This document shows, in pieces, positions 26,705-41,874 of a stretch of 64,000 nt of DNA. The DNA is from Octopus vulgaris (Eukaryota), in the NCBI GenBank assembly GCA_951406725.2, contig OX597824.1:17670001-17734000 (forward strand). The letters run 5' to 3'. The translations under genes were made by a program, and so were the position numbers. The number at the start of each line of letters is the position of its first letter. Positions within the stretch are counted from its first letter, which is position 1. A model generated the notes under the pieces. That model was not told the origin of the DNA. It searched no databases and saw nothing but the letters and a program-made list of their open reading frames with translations.

Positions 26705-27992
26705 TATATACATACATATATATCCATCTCTATATAGAAATATATATCTATCTTCCAATCTATTTATATTTGTATCTACCCATTCATCTAACCACTCATA
26801 TCTCCCTCCAACCCTTTAGTGGTCTATCTTTCATTCTACCCATCTGTCTATAAACCTGTTTGTCTGTCTGTCTGTCTGTTTGCCTGTCTGTCTCTTGAAC
26901 CTATTGACAAACAATTAAGCAGATGTGTAATTTGAAATTTGTTCTTGCCATTTCAGCGGCATTGATATATATATATATATTATCCAAGGTGTTGATTTAC
27001 ATGGTGACGGTCCGTAACTTAAGGGAAATCTGCATCTTCGTTTCATGTAGGTCGATTAATGGCAGAGAATGTCTTCAGTAAGTACAAGTTATGTTCATTG
27101 TGGTCGATTTAATCAATTATTCTCCCTCAAAACAAAGTCATATCTGATTGTCTGGCATAAACTTCCGGAGACCTCCATATATGTGGGTTACATCTCCCAA
27201 AATACATTGTAGACAAAAAATACCCTAGGAATATACATTTCAGTTTCTGGAACTTTCGAACAACAATTACTTATTACATATAATACATACAATTGGAATA
27301 TGGAATTCTTCTTGTCTATATAATGCCAGGAGGAAGTTATTTTTAGATCTATTTTATTACATTCTTGGCCTTTTGGTTCAGTTTCCTGTCGTACTGTTAA
27401 AGGAAAAATCAATAAATACCAGTAAAATATTAGTGTCAGTTTTATCTAATAAATTTTTTTTTGTTGCAAGTATCATCATCATGATGTTTTATTTTCGAAT
27501 CAAATTCTTTTTGCAGTATAACTATGTATTTTTTTCTAACCCTGGATAGCCAGATAAACCTCAAGTTATGCATGATAGTAACTAAGAAGTTAAAACTGCA
27601 AAAAACGAAATGGGAGTTTCGTTTGCAACTTCTCAGTGAATTGTCTGCACTCGAATTACAAATGAATGATTTATAACACAGGCACGGGTTAAGCAATAAA
27701 AAAAAAGGTAAGGAGAGATGTTCTGGACAAGACCCTCGGCTCTTGTATTCAAATTAATTATTTCAGTATGAGGAATGCCAGGCAGCGTCAAAATGCGAGG
27801 TGGGTAAAGCAAGATACTTGTGAGTTATACAATCCAGATATCTGATCTTCCTTCTGTCTCACAAATATCTTAAAGTTAATAAAAATGAAGATATTATCTA
27901 TTCGTACATGCTTCTAAATATCTAAAATTGCAGACATTTTCATTGTATTAACAGTAGACCATTGCCAATTGCGTCTCTGAATGATTCCAGAG

Positions 27993-28058
27993 AAATATAG
28001 TAAGTCAAATATAGTAAGTCAAATATAGTAAGTAAATCAAAGAGAAATATCGTAAGTC
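27993..28058. repeat. 14-bp minisatellite (aaatatagtaagtc) x3-4
   Basis: Read directly. Confidence 0.8.
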
Positions 28059-30454
28059 AGAGATTTCAGTCTAGTTTAATTAGACAAGCTTTCTTTTAGT
28101 TCGTATCTTCCATTCAATCTCCTTAATTAGAACAGGAGTAAAAGAAATGAAAGCGAGAAAAGAATCTCTGTGCATGGCCCAGGAAAGTGGGTTGTCTTTG
28201 GTACATTGGTACGGATCTGGAGAACAGAAAGAAGGGCATAGAAATACTAGAGGAAGATACGGGAAAGAGGCCCATAAACTTTCCCATATGGGCTTACTGG
28301 TCCTAAATTAAGAGTCTGTAATACATCGTACTCTGCACCTTAGAAATGATGCATATCTTTGAATTGGTAGGTATTTGTTCGAAAATGATATGGTAAATTC
28401 ACGGCTGTAACGATTTCATTATATGATTACGTCGAGTATAGCACACACACGCATATATATATATATATGTGTGTGTGTTTGTGTGTGTGTGTGTACGTGT
28501 GTGTGTGTGTGTGTGTATGTAAGTGTGTATGTGTGTGTATGTGTGTATAAGTATGTATGTATATATATATATATATATATATATGTTTTGGACAGCTAAC
28601 CTATCACCGGACTATAAAGCACTTAAGTTAATTCGGGTTTTATATAGTTTCTGTTACGATAAAAAAGTTTCTTACGAATGTGGAGTTCAGATGAATGATC
28701 GGATATAGGGTGAGTTGTGATGTAAAGGTGTTGTAGAGAAATTTTTATTCTATAAATTTAGGTTTATGTTATTGTTTAAAATTTATTCATGTGTGTAGAA
28801 CACTAAAACTTTTCAAACCAGTAAGATTTTATTAAGGCTAAACATTTTAATAACTCACCGTCTTGTCTCTACGAACACCTTCACTATACGCTATCTCCAT
28901 GATATGCATAAAACTGTTTTTACAGTTTTACACTATACATGTGCAATAAGATTATCTAAAAGTTCCTCAGGCTTCAAACAAAATCCTCACAAAAGATTTT
29001 CTAAGCACACAACCTACACACACAAACATACACACACAAACCTAAACACACAAACCTACATAAGTACACAAGCCTACATACACTCACATAAATATATATT
29101 TATATGCGAGCAAGATCGAATATCTTTTTCTTTTTCAATTCAGTACTTGTACTTTGAAAGTATTTAAATATTTATTAAAAATTTTAAGGCGAGACTAACA
29201 CCTCCGACGTAGGAAAACTCTCCTAAATTAAAAATGCTATCACTCAGAGGCACTAAAATCCAAGCAAACCAAATATGGCATACATCAAGAACTTAGTTCT
29301 ATCAAAAGACATAATATTCAAATTCTCACATTATCTATTCATGAACTTATTATAAATTCAATATGACCGACAAGGCAAACACATCGTTATTTTAGGTCAA
29401 TGTTTCTACCAAACTATCGAAGTTAATATGCCCTAATTTGGAATGCTAACGGATTGGTGTACGGACTGTATTCTGAATGAATGTCATTGATGAAGGTGGT
29501 GTAGATTTCGTTGTGGCGTCGCTCATAACCATATGCAGCTGTTCAAGCGCTTTTGACTCCTAGGTAATGATATTCAAGTGCCCCTGGAAGATGAACAAAT
29601 ACAGTGCATGTAATCACACTAACACAGCATCGAGGCGAGTATCCCAGTCATACACATACAGCATTTCAGCCTATTACATCAATTATTCTCAGAGATATCG
29701 TGACTATGAGATTGCTACTCATAGTCAGAAATGTCATTTTGCAAAAGAAAAAGACGATGGAAATGGTTGATTTTAAAACAATTGTCAACTACTTAAGGAC
29801 AATATTCACATTTTAGCAATAACGACGAGAAGCATATCTTTTGCTATTTTTCTAAAATTATGCTATCTGAAATCTATGGTATTAGTCTTGCCCAATCATT
29901 AAGTTTTTAAATGCTGCCCTAACATTTCATCTTTGACATCTACATTGTGAACGCAAAGATATAAAACCAGTAATACCAAAAATAACGAAAACTAGTGACA
30001 CATCTGTTAACGAAAAAAAAAAACATTCCTCTAACTATATATTTTTCGTGAACCACTAAAAGACAATCTCATAACCAGGAGCTGATATACTTAAATGCAC
30101 ACACGTGTTTATAAAGTTCCGCTCACATGTATGAATTTAGAACCATTATGTAACCCCATATTTAATCAACAAAAAATTCTCCACACCTCCCCATCATAAC
30201 CTACCCTACAACCTAATTACCATTCAAAATAACCCCACATACCCGAGAAAAAATTTACCTTAACTGAAACTACAGAAAACCAAGTGTTAACTTAAATACA
30301 TCACGATCAAATAATCAGTTCGCTGGCCAAATTTTGAAGTCACTTCTAATATTGTCTTTGTTGAAGAATAATAAATTGGTTCTCTACAAAAGTATGGAGT
30401 AATTCTTCAGATTAATGTAAAAGTGTTTCTGTTATTACTGAACATAAAAAAACA

Positions 30455-30522
<68 letters not shown>

Positions 30523-30559
30523 TAATGTTTTAATATATACTAGTCTGGATAGAATTGAC

Positions 30560-30723
30560 ATATCGGTTCTATTCTAGCAAAAACTGTCCGATGAACGGCA
30601 ACGGGAAACTCAGAGTAACAGGTTTTGTTGAATTTTCTGCTGCTTTAAATAAAGCATATTACTCTACCACTGGTATTTGAGTACTCTTTTTTCCACCTTG
30701 TTTCACATTTATGTGTTTACTCC

Positions 30724-30726
<3 letters not shown>
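30560..30726 (+). mobile_element. Penelope-like pseudo-LTR with hammerhead at 30584-30621 (U4C variant)
   Basis: CUGU-CCGAUGA-ACG-GCAA-CGG-GAAAC-UCAGA-GUA-ACAG; AATAAA downstream; ends in (TA)n; second copy at 5661. Confidence 0.8.
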
Positions 30727-30770
<44 letters not shown>

Positions 30771-30774
<4 letters not shown>

Positions 30775-31130
30775 AAAGTTCACGAAAAAAAACAAAAGAC
30801 GGAGACAGGTGGTGTACTAAACAAACAGATGTATTAGTATAACGCTCAGGAATAGAAAAAGTCTTTTACGTTTCGAGCCTACACTCTTCTACAGAAAGGG
30901 ACACAGAAAAAACAAGGAGAGAAGAAAAACAATGTGTGAAGTGGCTACCGATCTATCAAATCTTAATTATGTTAAACCGTTATTTCCTACATATATTATC
31001 TCTCTCAGCTTTTTAGTTCTCTCTCCATTTTCTTCTCATCGCTCTCTGTTATAGAGCGTAAGCTCGAAACCTCAAAGACTTTTCCATCCCTCCCGAGCGG
31101 CAAATTAATACACCTGTTTGTTGTTCCCTA
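30771..31130. mobile_element. Head-to-head fold-back element with two hammerhead-like motifs (30863-30898 minus; 31042-31077 plus)
   Basis: CUUU-CUGUAGA-A-GAGU-GUAG-GCUC-GAAAC-GUA-AAAG and a more diverged inverted partner; third copy at 32700-32870. Confidence 0.75.
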
Positions 31131-32149
31131 ACTTCACACACAAGCGTGCGTGAATTTTTACATACACACACACGCACGCATATTTGAGTGTGTGTGTGTG
31201 TGTGTGTGCATGTGTGTGTGTGTGTCATAAATGGCTACAGTCTGGTGCTAGAAACATGTAAAAGATAAGTGTATAAAGGATAACATAAAAATACAACCGA
31301 CTTGTTCGTTAAATAAACCCAGTGACAACAGCAACAAAAAAAGCACTGGAAACGGCAATCGTATTACAAATCCCGCGTCTACATCACATGACAAATATAT
31401 GCGACCACAATGAGTAATCTATGAGGTGGGACTTTCTCTTAGAAATAGCAGCCAGATGTCGATTTTCTTTACCAATTTTTTTTCGATCATACCACTAACG
31501 AATTCAATGAAATAAGATCAAGGATAAAAAAAAATTATCGTCAGCTCACGGTACAAAAGAAAATGAGATGGATGGTCACAAATGGAACGATCAGGAGTCA
31601 CTAGGTGCTAAGCAAAGACGACAATTATGCTCTCAGATTTTAAAACGATAAAAACCAATAAATAATACAAAGTTCATAAAAAAAAAGATACATGGCGGCA
31701 CAAAATGTAGAAAAAAATGCACAGAAAAATTATCAACGTATATACCAAAGCAAAACAATATATGAAATCACTTTTTAATCAAGTCCAACAACCTTAAGAA
31801 ATAAATTTCATTTAAAAAAATGCTGAATTGAATTAAATATTATTTGGCGTATTATATATGTGAGAAGGTTTACGTTCTTCCTTCTATAATCACAAAATAT
31901 AATTATAAAAAGGATTCCTGTATTTTTCTTATTTATTTTTCGATTTATTTATTTCTTGCTCATGTTATTTAGTTACAGTAATCTTCACACGACCTGGTTT
32001 GTTATTTTCTTGTAAAAAAAACTGGCGAGTTTTGCAAATATATTGATTTCTATATTTAATGAGCTGAAGCCTCTGCAGACAAATGAAGAAACCAAAAATA
32101 GAGCACTTTTGTATACATACATACATACATACATACATACATACATACA

Positions 32150-32266
<117 letters not shown>

Positions 32267-32279
32267 GTATATTCTGGTG

Positions 32280-32497
32280 TGCTAAGTTTCTAGACAACAT
32301 TTCTTATTTGTTAAGACCATTGCGGATTTTCTTCTAGCATAAGGGTTTCCACATATTGGTAAAAAGAATTCCCTCTTATATTTATGTATGAAATACTATT
32401 TATTGAATCTCTCTTTTTTTATATATCCTGGACCACTGGTGTTAAAATTGATGTTATCAAATTAATATCCAATTTTTCCCCCTCATTTTGATTTTAT
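32280..32497 (+). mobile_element. (TA)n-flanked repeat, same family as 46794-47053
   Basis: Shares cttctagcataagggtt..ccacata and gaccactggt...caaattaatatccaattttt...cctcatttt. Confidence 0.75.
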
Positions 32498-32549
32498 ATA
32501 TATATATATATTTATATATATGTGCGGGGGTTTGTATGTGTGTATCTTG

Positions 32550-32690
32550 CTCTCCAATCACATGGTTGCGGTTTCAATCCCACTGAGTGGCACCTTGAGC
32601 AAGTGTCTTCTACTATAGCCACGAGAAGACAAAAGACTTGTGAATGAATTAGGTAGACAGAAACTGAAAAAAGCTCATCGTATATACATG
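32550..32690 (+). mobile_element. Partial SINE family B (5' half)
   Basis: cacatggttgcggtttcaatcccactgagtggcaccttgagcaagtgtcttctactatagcc. Confidence 0.8.
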
Positions 32691-32699
32691 TATATCGTC

Positions 32700-32869
32700 A
32701 TGATTGATCCCTAGCCACTACACATTCTTTATTTTCTCTCCTTGTTTCTTTCTCTGTTACTTTCTGTTGAAGAGCGTAGGCTCGAAATGTTAAAGACATT
32801 TTTCACTTCCCGAGCGTTATACTAATACATCTGTTGTCTACACCACGTGTCTTCTTTTTAATTCTCTAC

Positions 32870-32870
<1 letters not shown>
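32700..32870 (+). mobile_element. Penelope-like pseudo-LTR with hammerhead-like motif 32760-32795
   Basis: CUUU-CUGUUGA-A-GAGC-GUAG-GCUC-GAAAU-GUU-AAAG; homologous to 30771-30960. Confidence 0.72.
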
Positions 32871-32927
<57 letters not shown>

Positions 32928-33035
32928 TCCTGTGTGTGTTTGTATGTGTTTGTCTGTCCCCCACACTGAAAAAATGTAAAAAAGAAAGGAATAAAAGAAT
33001 ATATGTGTGTGTATATATATAAATATGCATAAAAG

Positions 33036-33103
<68 letters not shown>

Positions 33104-33474
33104 TATATGTATATATGCTAGTGTCCCTTATATTAGAAAATAGTCTTTTACGATAAAATGGTGGACCAGGTCAGTTTGAGCTTCCCTACTACTATAATGT
33201 AAACTTTTTTGAACTCATAATATTCTGTAGGTGTATGTATACACAGATACAATACCAATATTCCACTGAATGTTTTAATAATTCCTTCTGAAAACTATCT
33301 TTAACATTTTCTTGAGAATGTAATAAATATATGTTATAATCTTTTCTGCCCAATATTTTAATGAACTTGTTAAAGTTTTTTATGTCCTTAACATGTTCTT
33401 GTTACCAAAGAATGTATATATGTATTGTAGCATTTTGTGACAAACAATAATTAACACAACCAAATTTTACATGC

Positions 33475-33517
33475 TACTTTTGACAATCTTTTTCTAAAAA
33501 GTGAAACCGGTAAAGTA
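33475..33517 (+). ncRNA. Hammerhead-like motif, U3:A8 variant, in a (TA)n-bounded fragment (33118-33600)
   Basis: UACUU-UUGACAA-UCUUUUU-CU-AAAAAGU-GAAAC-CG-GUA-AAGUA. Confidence 0.65.
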
Positions 33518-33600
33518 AATAAACATCTTTTAAAATTGCATTTTTAAACCTTCTTTCATATATAATTCCTCTCGTGCGGTACCTTACAAATCCACTTTGT

Positions 33601-33699
<99 letters not shown>

Positions 33700-34466
33700 T
33701 GTATGTATGTATGTATGCATGCATGTATGTATGTGTGTCTGTATGTGTGTATGTATGTGTGTGTATTGTGTGTACATAGACACATATAGACAAACGTACA
33801 TGCATCCATGGATACACGTACACATATGTGTATGCATAGCCTAATGTATATATGTGCACTCTCGTAAGAACACATGTGCGAGTGAGTTCGTTAGATGTTT
33901 GGTATTGTGTAATATTTAACTCCGATATTATAATTATCGTCTCATTGTTTTATTTGATGCTGATGTCGTTGTATAGCATTGATATTAGTGATGCATATTT
34001 TTTTAATATTATTCTTTTGGGTTGTCGCCGTTTGAATTGGCGTCGTTGGTGTCGTTCTATTACAAGTTAAGGCATTAATACAAAGTGTTATATAACTACG
34101 TGCTTTGTCTGCAAAACTGCATTTGAACTGCATGAGATTTTAGGAATGTTCTGTACGTCTTCTTTCTTTCATTTGAACCGTTTGTCTAGTTCTTTCTTAA
34201 GAGTAATGTTGTTCTGATTCTTGTTGTTGTTGCTGCCGCTGCTGTTGTTGTTTTTGTTGTCGGTTATTTCCATTATTTTATATAACAATTGCATTTTAAA
34301 TCTAATTTCTCACTTAGGAGAATATGGGTGCTTAGCAAGTTTCATGATTCTATAAGTTTCATGATTCTATAACACATGAATTATTCACTGACTCGCACAT
34401 ATATATACATAAACACGTAGGTATACATGCAATTGTATATACTTCTACACATACACTATAAAGCAG

Positions 34467-34501
<35 letters not shown>

Positions 34502-34511
34502 CACAGATATT

Positions 34512-34561
<50 letters not shown>

Positions 34562-34705
34562 TATGTGTGTGTATGTGTGTGTGTGTATATATATGTATAT
34601 ACATATCCATATTTATATATATCCACACACACTCACACATGCATATGTCTACCCTGAAGAGTGCTTACGAAATCTAATCATTCACACATATATATATATA
34701 CATAT

Positions 34706-34751
<46 letters not shown>

Positions 34752-35360
34752 GTGTGCTTGTGTGGGAATATGTATATGTGGATGTATGTCTGTGTATACA
34801 TGTGTGTGTATATATGTATGTATATAAGTATATACATATATTTATATGTATTAGTAACTACAACACTCACAAAATAATCAATTAGCATGCATCTTTCTAC
34901 GAATAAACACATATATTCGTAAATACATACATACATACATACATATGTACACACATGCATGAAGACAAACATTGCCCTGCTTCAACCTACAAAGTTTGAC
35001 GCTGTCAACGTCTGTTATAAATCATTTCAGAACTTTCTCTAACTTCATAAAATTAATGATATGGTTAGATGTAAAAACAATGCGTTCATAGTTCACCATG
35101 TAATATAAGCCAACTTTACTCTACATGTAAATATATAAATACATACATAAATGGATATGGATACACGTATACATGCATGCATACATACATACATACATAC
35201 ATACATACATACATACATACATACATACATACATACATGCATACAGACATACATACATACATACGTGGATACACGCATTTATTTGTATATATATGAATGC
35301 ATACGCATATAAGTGTGTGTGTGTTTGTAAACATTATATACACATATATATATATATATA

Positions 35361-35589
35361 TTTCTTTACTACCCACAAGGGGTTAAACACAGAGGGGACA
35401 AAGAAGGACAGACAAATAGATTAAGTCGATTACATCGACCCCAGCGCGTAACTGGTACTTAATTTATCGACCCCGAAAGGATGAAAGGCAAAGTCGACCA
35501 CGGCGGAATTTGATCTCGGAACGTAACGACAGACGAAATACGGCTACGCATTTCGCCCGGCGTGCTAACGTTTCTACCAGCTCGCCGCC
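35361..35589 (-). mobile_element. SINE family A, full length, inserted in (TA)n
   Basis: Match to 49083-49313. Confidence 0.93.
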
Positions 35590-35791
35590 TATATACACAT
35601 ATATATATATAATTGCACATATATCTATCCTCTTCTCTCTTAGACAGAGGAAGAGACTGGAGGAGGGAAATGAGAATATTGGCGAGATACACAGACATAC
35701 AGCGACAGACATATGTGCATGTATATATATATATATATATGTGTGAGTGTGTGTGCGTGTATTTATGAGTGAGAGAAAGAGAGAGAGACAC

Positions 35792-35854
<63 letters not shown>

Positions 35855-35945
35855 CATCTACAAAAGAAAATGCTGCGCTTAATTATTTGTAAACGGGAAT
35901 GCTGGAGTCAGTATAAAGCACAACCGCCATCGTGATCATCATTCA

Positions 35946-36036
<91 letters not shown>

Positions 36037-36584
36037 ATTAGATTTTACTTTATGCTCATGTGTGAAAATAGGGTTTTAACCTCAGTGGGTGTAAGTGATT
36101 TTTTTTTCCAATTATCTTTAGTCTTTATAAATCTGATAAGTAAAGTTTGAGCATTTTCTATTTTGTTTTCTTTACGTTCAGTTTATCTTTCTTCATGTCT
36201 GAAATAATCCAATCAATGTTTCCATTGTTAAAAGATATCAGCTAAATGTCTTCCCTTTAAAATTTGCTATTTATTTGTCTTATTGAATTAAAATATTTGA
36301 AGTCATTTATACATATATTTATTTATTTATTTTGCTCCTTCCGTTTCAGGGTTATTATTTTTCATTAAATTGAATTCTCGACGACACTTTGTATAATTAT
36401 TTTCATTTTACAATCATAAAACTCTATTATAGTTTAAGAGTGAACAAAACAAAAGATACCGCCCTCTATTGATGTGACAAAACGCTTAAGCATATTTTCT
36501 TTGAAATAGTTCATATTCCTAAAGAAAATTTCTCGTTTAAACTTCGTTAAAATATTTCGTGAAATATTTCAGCGACTACAAACG

Positions 36585-36800
36585 CGTTTTATTGGCAGAA
36601 CTTGTAGCTTGTTGGAAAAAAATGCATCGAGGTATTTGCTTCCGTTCTTTACATTCAGATTTCAAATCCCGCCTTTATCAACTTTTCTCTTCAGCCTTTC
36701 AAAGGGCGGTAAAATGTGACACAAATAATGTGCTGAGATCAGTTTTATCAACTCGCCTTTCCCCCAAAATGTCTGACCTTGTTCATATGTCAGAAAATAT
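36585..36800 (+). mobile_element. Old SINE family A copy (further relics at 37020-37385, 39830-39960, 60870-61050)
   Basis: ttggcagaacttgtagc...ttcaaatcccgcc...cagcctttcaaagggcggtaaaa...cccccaaaatgtctgaccttg. Confidence 0.55.
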
Positions 36801-37394
36801 CGGTGCAACGGTGAAATGTTTCACGCGTTGGAGGGAATACTTCTCCGGTTTTTGCTTCGGTTTCTGCATTTCGAGTACTTATACCAGAGACGCTTGCTCT
36901 GTCTTCCGTCATTTATTAAAACGAAAACATAGTCGGCAAATACTAGCGTCGAAATTTCAATCTACATTGAGAAATTTGGGGATTATCTTAAAATTTTGGG
37001 GATAAGTAATAAGCGCAAGGTCAGCAATTTTAGGAGACGTGGTTAATGGATGTCATCACCCGAATTTTAGCGACCTGAAATGATAAAATACAAGGATAAC
37101 CTCGACGGGATATGATTTTATGACATGAAGACTCGCAAGGAATACGACAATCCAATTTGTCCAATGCTTTCCCGTTTCGGCCAGCTTGTATAATTTGGGG
37201 GATAAATTAATTCTTTCCAGATTTTTAATGGGTCATATTAAATTTGGCAGAAGGCTAGCAACTTTTTAAGGATGAGGAAAGGTGATTTGATCAACTCCAG
37301 TGCACAGGTGGTAAGTATTTCATTAAACCCGAAACGACTGAAAGGCAACGGTCATCGTTGGTGGTAATTGAAATCTGAAAACTTAAAGGACGGA

Positions 37395-37715
37395 ATAAAA
37401 GAGAAGACAGTAAGAGAAGGGGGAGAAGAAGAAGAAGGAGGAGGAGGAAAAGAAGAAGAAGACGAAGAAAAAGATGAAGAAGGAGCAGAAGACAAGAAGA
37501 AAAAGAAGAAAGAAAAGAAGAAAGAAAAGAAGACAAGAAGAAGAAAAAGAACAAAAAGAACAAAAGGAAGACGAAGAAGGGCAGGAGGAGAAGGAGGAAG
37601 AAAAGAAAAAGAAAACGACGGCGAAGCAGAAGAAGAAGAAAAGGAAGAAGAAGAAGAAGAAGAAGAAGAAGAAAAAAAAAAGAAGAAGAAGAAGAAGAAG
37701 AAGAAGAAGAAGAAA
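37395..37715. repeat. (GAA)n-rich polypurine tract
   Basis: Read directly. Confidence 0.93.
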
Positions 37716-38404
37716 TAGGAAGGCCAAAGTTTTTCTGGTGCAATCTTGTTCCTGTTGCCAGATCATAATCGTGTAACGTTCACTTTCTGTTCCTTTGCAT
37801 GGTGATTTTTGCCTTTGTTCTGTTGTGGATTTGCGTATCTGAAAACCGCTGAAAGGTAAAATTCATAGAGTTGGGTACAGAAAGCTTTGCAAGGGTGAAG
37901 GATGGTTCCCTCTCTTCATCACTGTCACACTTTGAGTAAAAGTAATTATTGTGTAGGATAACTACAGCTATGCCTTTTTATACGGAAGTGTGTAGTTGTC
38001 AAAACAGACCCATGTGTCCCACCAAACATTAGTGCCATATGGTTTAAAGTGAACATTATCAGAAAGTCTATTGATGAAAATGAGGTCATTGCGGCACAGA
38101 TGGATTGGTTTTAACATAACCGAAACCGTGGGAACCCAAGAGGTCATCGTTTCAACAAATGTTGGTATACTATTGCATTTCAGTCAAAGAAAGCTCTTTC
38201 TGTTCATACTACGACGTTGTGATATGTAATATGGGGCAACAGATACAAATTTCAGCATTTACGAATCATAGATGGGTGGCTTTTACAGGAAATCTGTGCG
38301 TAAACATGATTGAAAACATTGTTATTTTCGGAGCAGCAACACAGTTTTTAATAAAGTTCTTGAGGACAAAATAGAAATGTGTGACTCAAACATATATTCT
38401 TATA

Positions 38405-38772
38405 TACTTTTATCTGTTTCAGTCATTTGACTGCCGCCATGCTGGAACACTGCCTTGAAGGGTTTTATTTGAACAAATCGACCCCATTACTAATTTTTGA
38501 TGTCTAATACTTATCCTATCGTTTTCTTTTATCGAACCACTGAGTTACGGGACATAAACACACCAACATCAGTTGTCAAGCAATGGTAGCGGGGAGGACA
38601 AATACAGACACAAATACAGACACAAAAATATATACATATATATACGACGGGCTTCTTTCAGTGTCTCTCTACAAAATCCACTGCAACGCTTTGGTCGGCC
38701 CGAGACTATAGCAGACGACAGTCACCCAAGGTGCCATGCAGTGGGACTAAATGTTCTTACTACATCGCCACG
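38405..38772 (-). mobile_element. Diverged SINE family B
   Basis: tgtttcagtcatttgactgccgccatgctgg...cccaaggtgccatgcagtgggact. Confidence 0.85.
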
Positions 38773-39613
38773 ACCATTTTTCTTCGCTTCATGGTCTTGC
38801 ATTTTACCGATTTTGGTTACTTTTATACAGTGAGGGCAGACAGTTTTCTGCACAAAAACAGGCTATGTTTTAGTCTCATTCGTCCTAAATTCTATTACTT
38901 GAATTAATTTAGTTCTTCATCTCTGTTTTAATTCCCATATCCTATCAATCTTTTTTAATGAGAATACCGAGTTTTTTTTCTTATTTCAATGTTAAAATAT
39001 CTGCTATTTTCTAGTCCACGAAGGTGACAGATCCTCCAACGTATCTGACTTTTACAAACATATTTTCAGTACCTTTCATTCTATTTTATTTTTCATTTTC
39101 TTATGGAAATGACTATATATACTCTGCTGCTGAGACAACGAAGCAATAATAATTATTAACATGTGAAAACCATTTGGACGTTGAGACAGAATGTTTTTGC
39201 CTGAGTTTAAATCATGTAGCTTGTTCCCAAACATTAATCTGATACTTAAGATATTAATGGCTGAAAGTTGTTCAAATATTTCCAGAAGAAAACAATGAAA
39301 TATTTATATAATTTCACTTTAAGATATGTCACAATAGCAAAACTGGGCGTTGAAGACAACTTAGAGTTTGTAAACTACTTAACATATATTAGGAATCAAT
39401 ATTTTATCACTTCATCATTTGATTGTCATGGAAATATGCTAAATAAACCCTGTTTTTCCCCCTAAAAATTCCAAACTATTCTGAGCGGAATGTATATGAA
39501 AATTTCATTAAATTTGGGTGTTGTTTTTAGAAAAATAGAAAACTCTGGAATTTCTTCTTTATTTTTGTAAGTCACCGTAGATATTATCGCATTACGAGTG
39601 ACAAATCTGCTCG

Positions 39614-39790
<177 letters not shown>

Positions 39791-39987
39791 GTGTAGCCAC
39801 TATAGCGGTAATAATGGCTTGTATTCTTAGGCACGGGGCCAACAATTTTGAGGGATGTAAGTAAGTCATGACAACTGAGTCAAGTAGTTATCTGGTACAT
39901 TATTCTATTGACAGCGAGAGGTTAAAAGGAAAAGTTGAAATCGGTGCTATCCGACTGGCCTGCAATTTCAATTGCACATCACCTTAC

Positions 39988-40057
<70 letters not shown>

Positions 40058-40094
40058 TAAATAATGATAATAATAATAATAACAATAATAATAA

Positions 40095-40635
40095 GCCCTG
40101 ATGCAGTACCAGGCAGTGACTCTCATGGCTTCTGATCTTAACTGATTGAAAGTGTTATCATGTACATTGTTTTGTCTTTGTATAAAAGATGGGCTACAGC
40201 AAATATTCTGCTCAATACCACAGATTTGCTTGTCAGTTGTTTGACCTTAACCAGTTGAGCATGTCCCTTAGTGGCTGACGATATGTGCATCTCTGATCAC
40301 GAGCAGAAGTAGTGGGGGAGCATCATAGCCATGTGTTGAGAGGGATTCTTTGGGGTTTGAATAGTTCACCTCTGGAAACATGGGTGGTTCTTTCAACATC
40401 CTTAACCCTTATTCAGGGACCGTTTGAGCGGGATGGGCTACTCAACCTGAAGAAAATTCTAACTGGGCCCCACCTGCAAGGTCATGTGCTGTTTATCTTG
40501 ATATGAGATCACCATGTCGCGCACATATGGATGTGCCTGGTGTACCTTTATCAGACGGGTAGTCATGATGGGTATATTGGGCTTCGTATATTTTACCCCA
40601 GTGTCACTTTGATGGCATGAACTGCTCTCTCACTC

Positions 40636-40636
<1 letters not shown>
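40095..40636 (+). mobile_element. Family C (Dong-like LINE 3' UTR) copy in (TAA)n; a second broken copy at 40669-40757 + 41020-41220
   Basis: Homology to 8631-9140; (AAT)n on both sides. Confidence 0.82.
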
Positions 40637-40669
<33 letters not shown>

Positions 40670-40848
40670 GCCCTCACGATGTACCAGACTGGCTCTCGTG
40701 GCTCCTGATCTTAACTAATTGGAAATGTTATCATGTACAGTTTTGTCTTGGTATATAATAAAATAATAATACTAATACTAATAATAATAATAATAACAAC
40801 AACAATAATAATAATAATGATAATGATGATGATGATAATAATAATAAT

Positions 40849-40917
<69 letters not shown>

Positions 40918-41261
40918 AAGAAGAAGAAGGAGAAGAAGAAGAAGAAGAAGAAGAAGAAGAAGAAGAAGAAGAAGAAGAAGAAGAAGAAGAAGAAGAAGAA
41001 GAAGAAGAAGAAGAAAAAGAATTCAAGAACCTTTTGGGCGGGATAGGTTTCTCAATCTAAAGAAAATTCTAACTGGGCATCACCAGCAAGGTCATGAGAC
41101 CACCGTGTCGTGCACAAGTCGTTGTTATGCATGTGCCTGGTTACCATTACCAGATGGGTAGCTAAGATGAGTATACCGGGCTTTGTATATGTTACCCCTA
41201 GTGTCATTTTCATGACGTGAAATGCAATCAAATAATAATAATAATAATAATAATAAATATA

Positions 41262-41860
41262 ATAGCTTCATCTGTAATAGAGTGCATGAAACCATTGCCC
41301 ACTATCACAAACAAATGTCCAACGCTTGCCCCAAACCACTGAAAGTTGTGGAGACAGGAACACATAGCGAAAGGCTACATTGGAAACTGTGTGAAAAGTT
41401 GGGATTAGAGTGAGGCAAGACGTGGTATGAGCAAAACCCACAATGAGTGGCGGAGTTGGAGACTATAAAAATCCTCTGGGATTTCCCAATCCACACAAAT
41501 CAGGTGCTAGAGCACAACAGACCCGACCTAGTGGCGGTGGACAAGGTGCAACATATATGCTATATAGTTGATATTGCATGCCTCTTTGAGTCACAAATCT
41601 TCAAGAAGGAAGGCAATAAATAGATAAATACAACCCTTTTCAGTACGAAATAGCCAGCCCTGCTATGGAAAATAAAACTGGTGAAAATAGTGCCAATTAT
41701 TGTTGGGTCCTTGGGGACAGTATCAGAAGGCATCAAGAGGAATATCAAGGAAACTGTTGCAAAAGGTTTGCCTCCTTGGCATGGCCAGAATAATCTGGAA
41801 AGCATTAGATAGCAGAAAAGAACGAATAGTGTTATCATGTATATTGTTTTAGCTTGATCT
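41262..41860 (+). mobile_element. Degraded R4/Dong-like LINE 3' end (zinc knuckle + RLE)
   Basis: RLHWKLCEKLGLE*GKTWYEQNP...IKILWDFPIHTNQVLEHNRPDLVAVDKVQHICYIVDIAC...IVPIIVGSLG with stops and frameshifts. Confidence 0.88.
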
Positions 41861-41874
41861 TATACTGCTACAAA

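Noticed and set aside
27993-28058. CRISPR-like repeat
   Set aside because: Tandem 14-mers without unique spacers, eukaryotic context, no cas genes.
37368-37776. Acidic/basic E/K-rich ORFs
   Set aside because: Degenerate (GAA)n tract.
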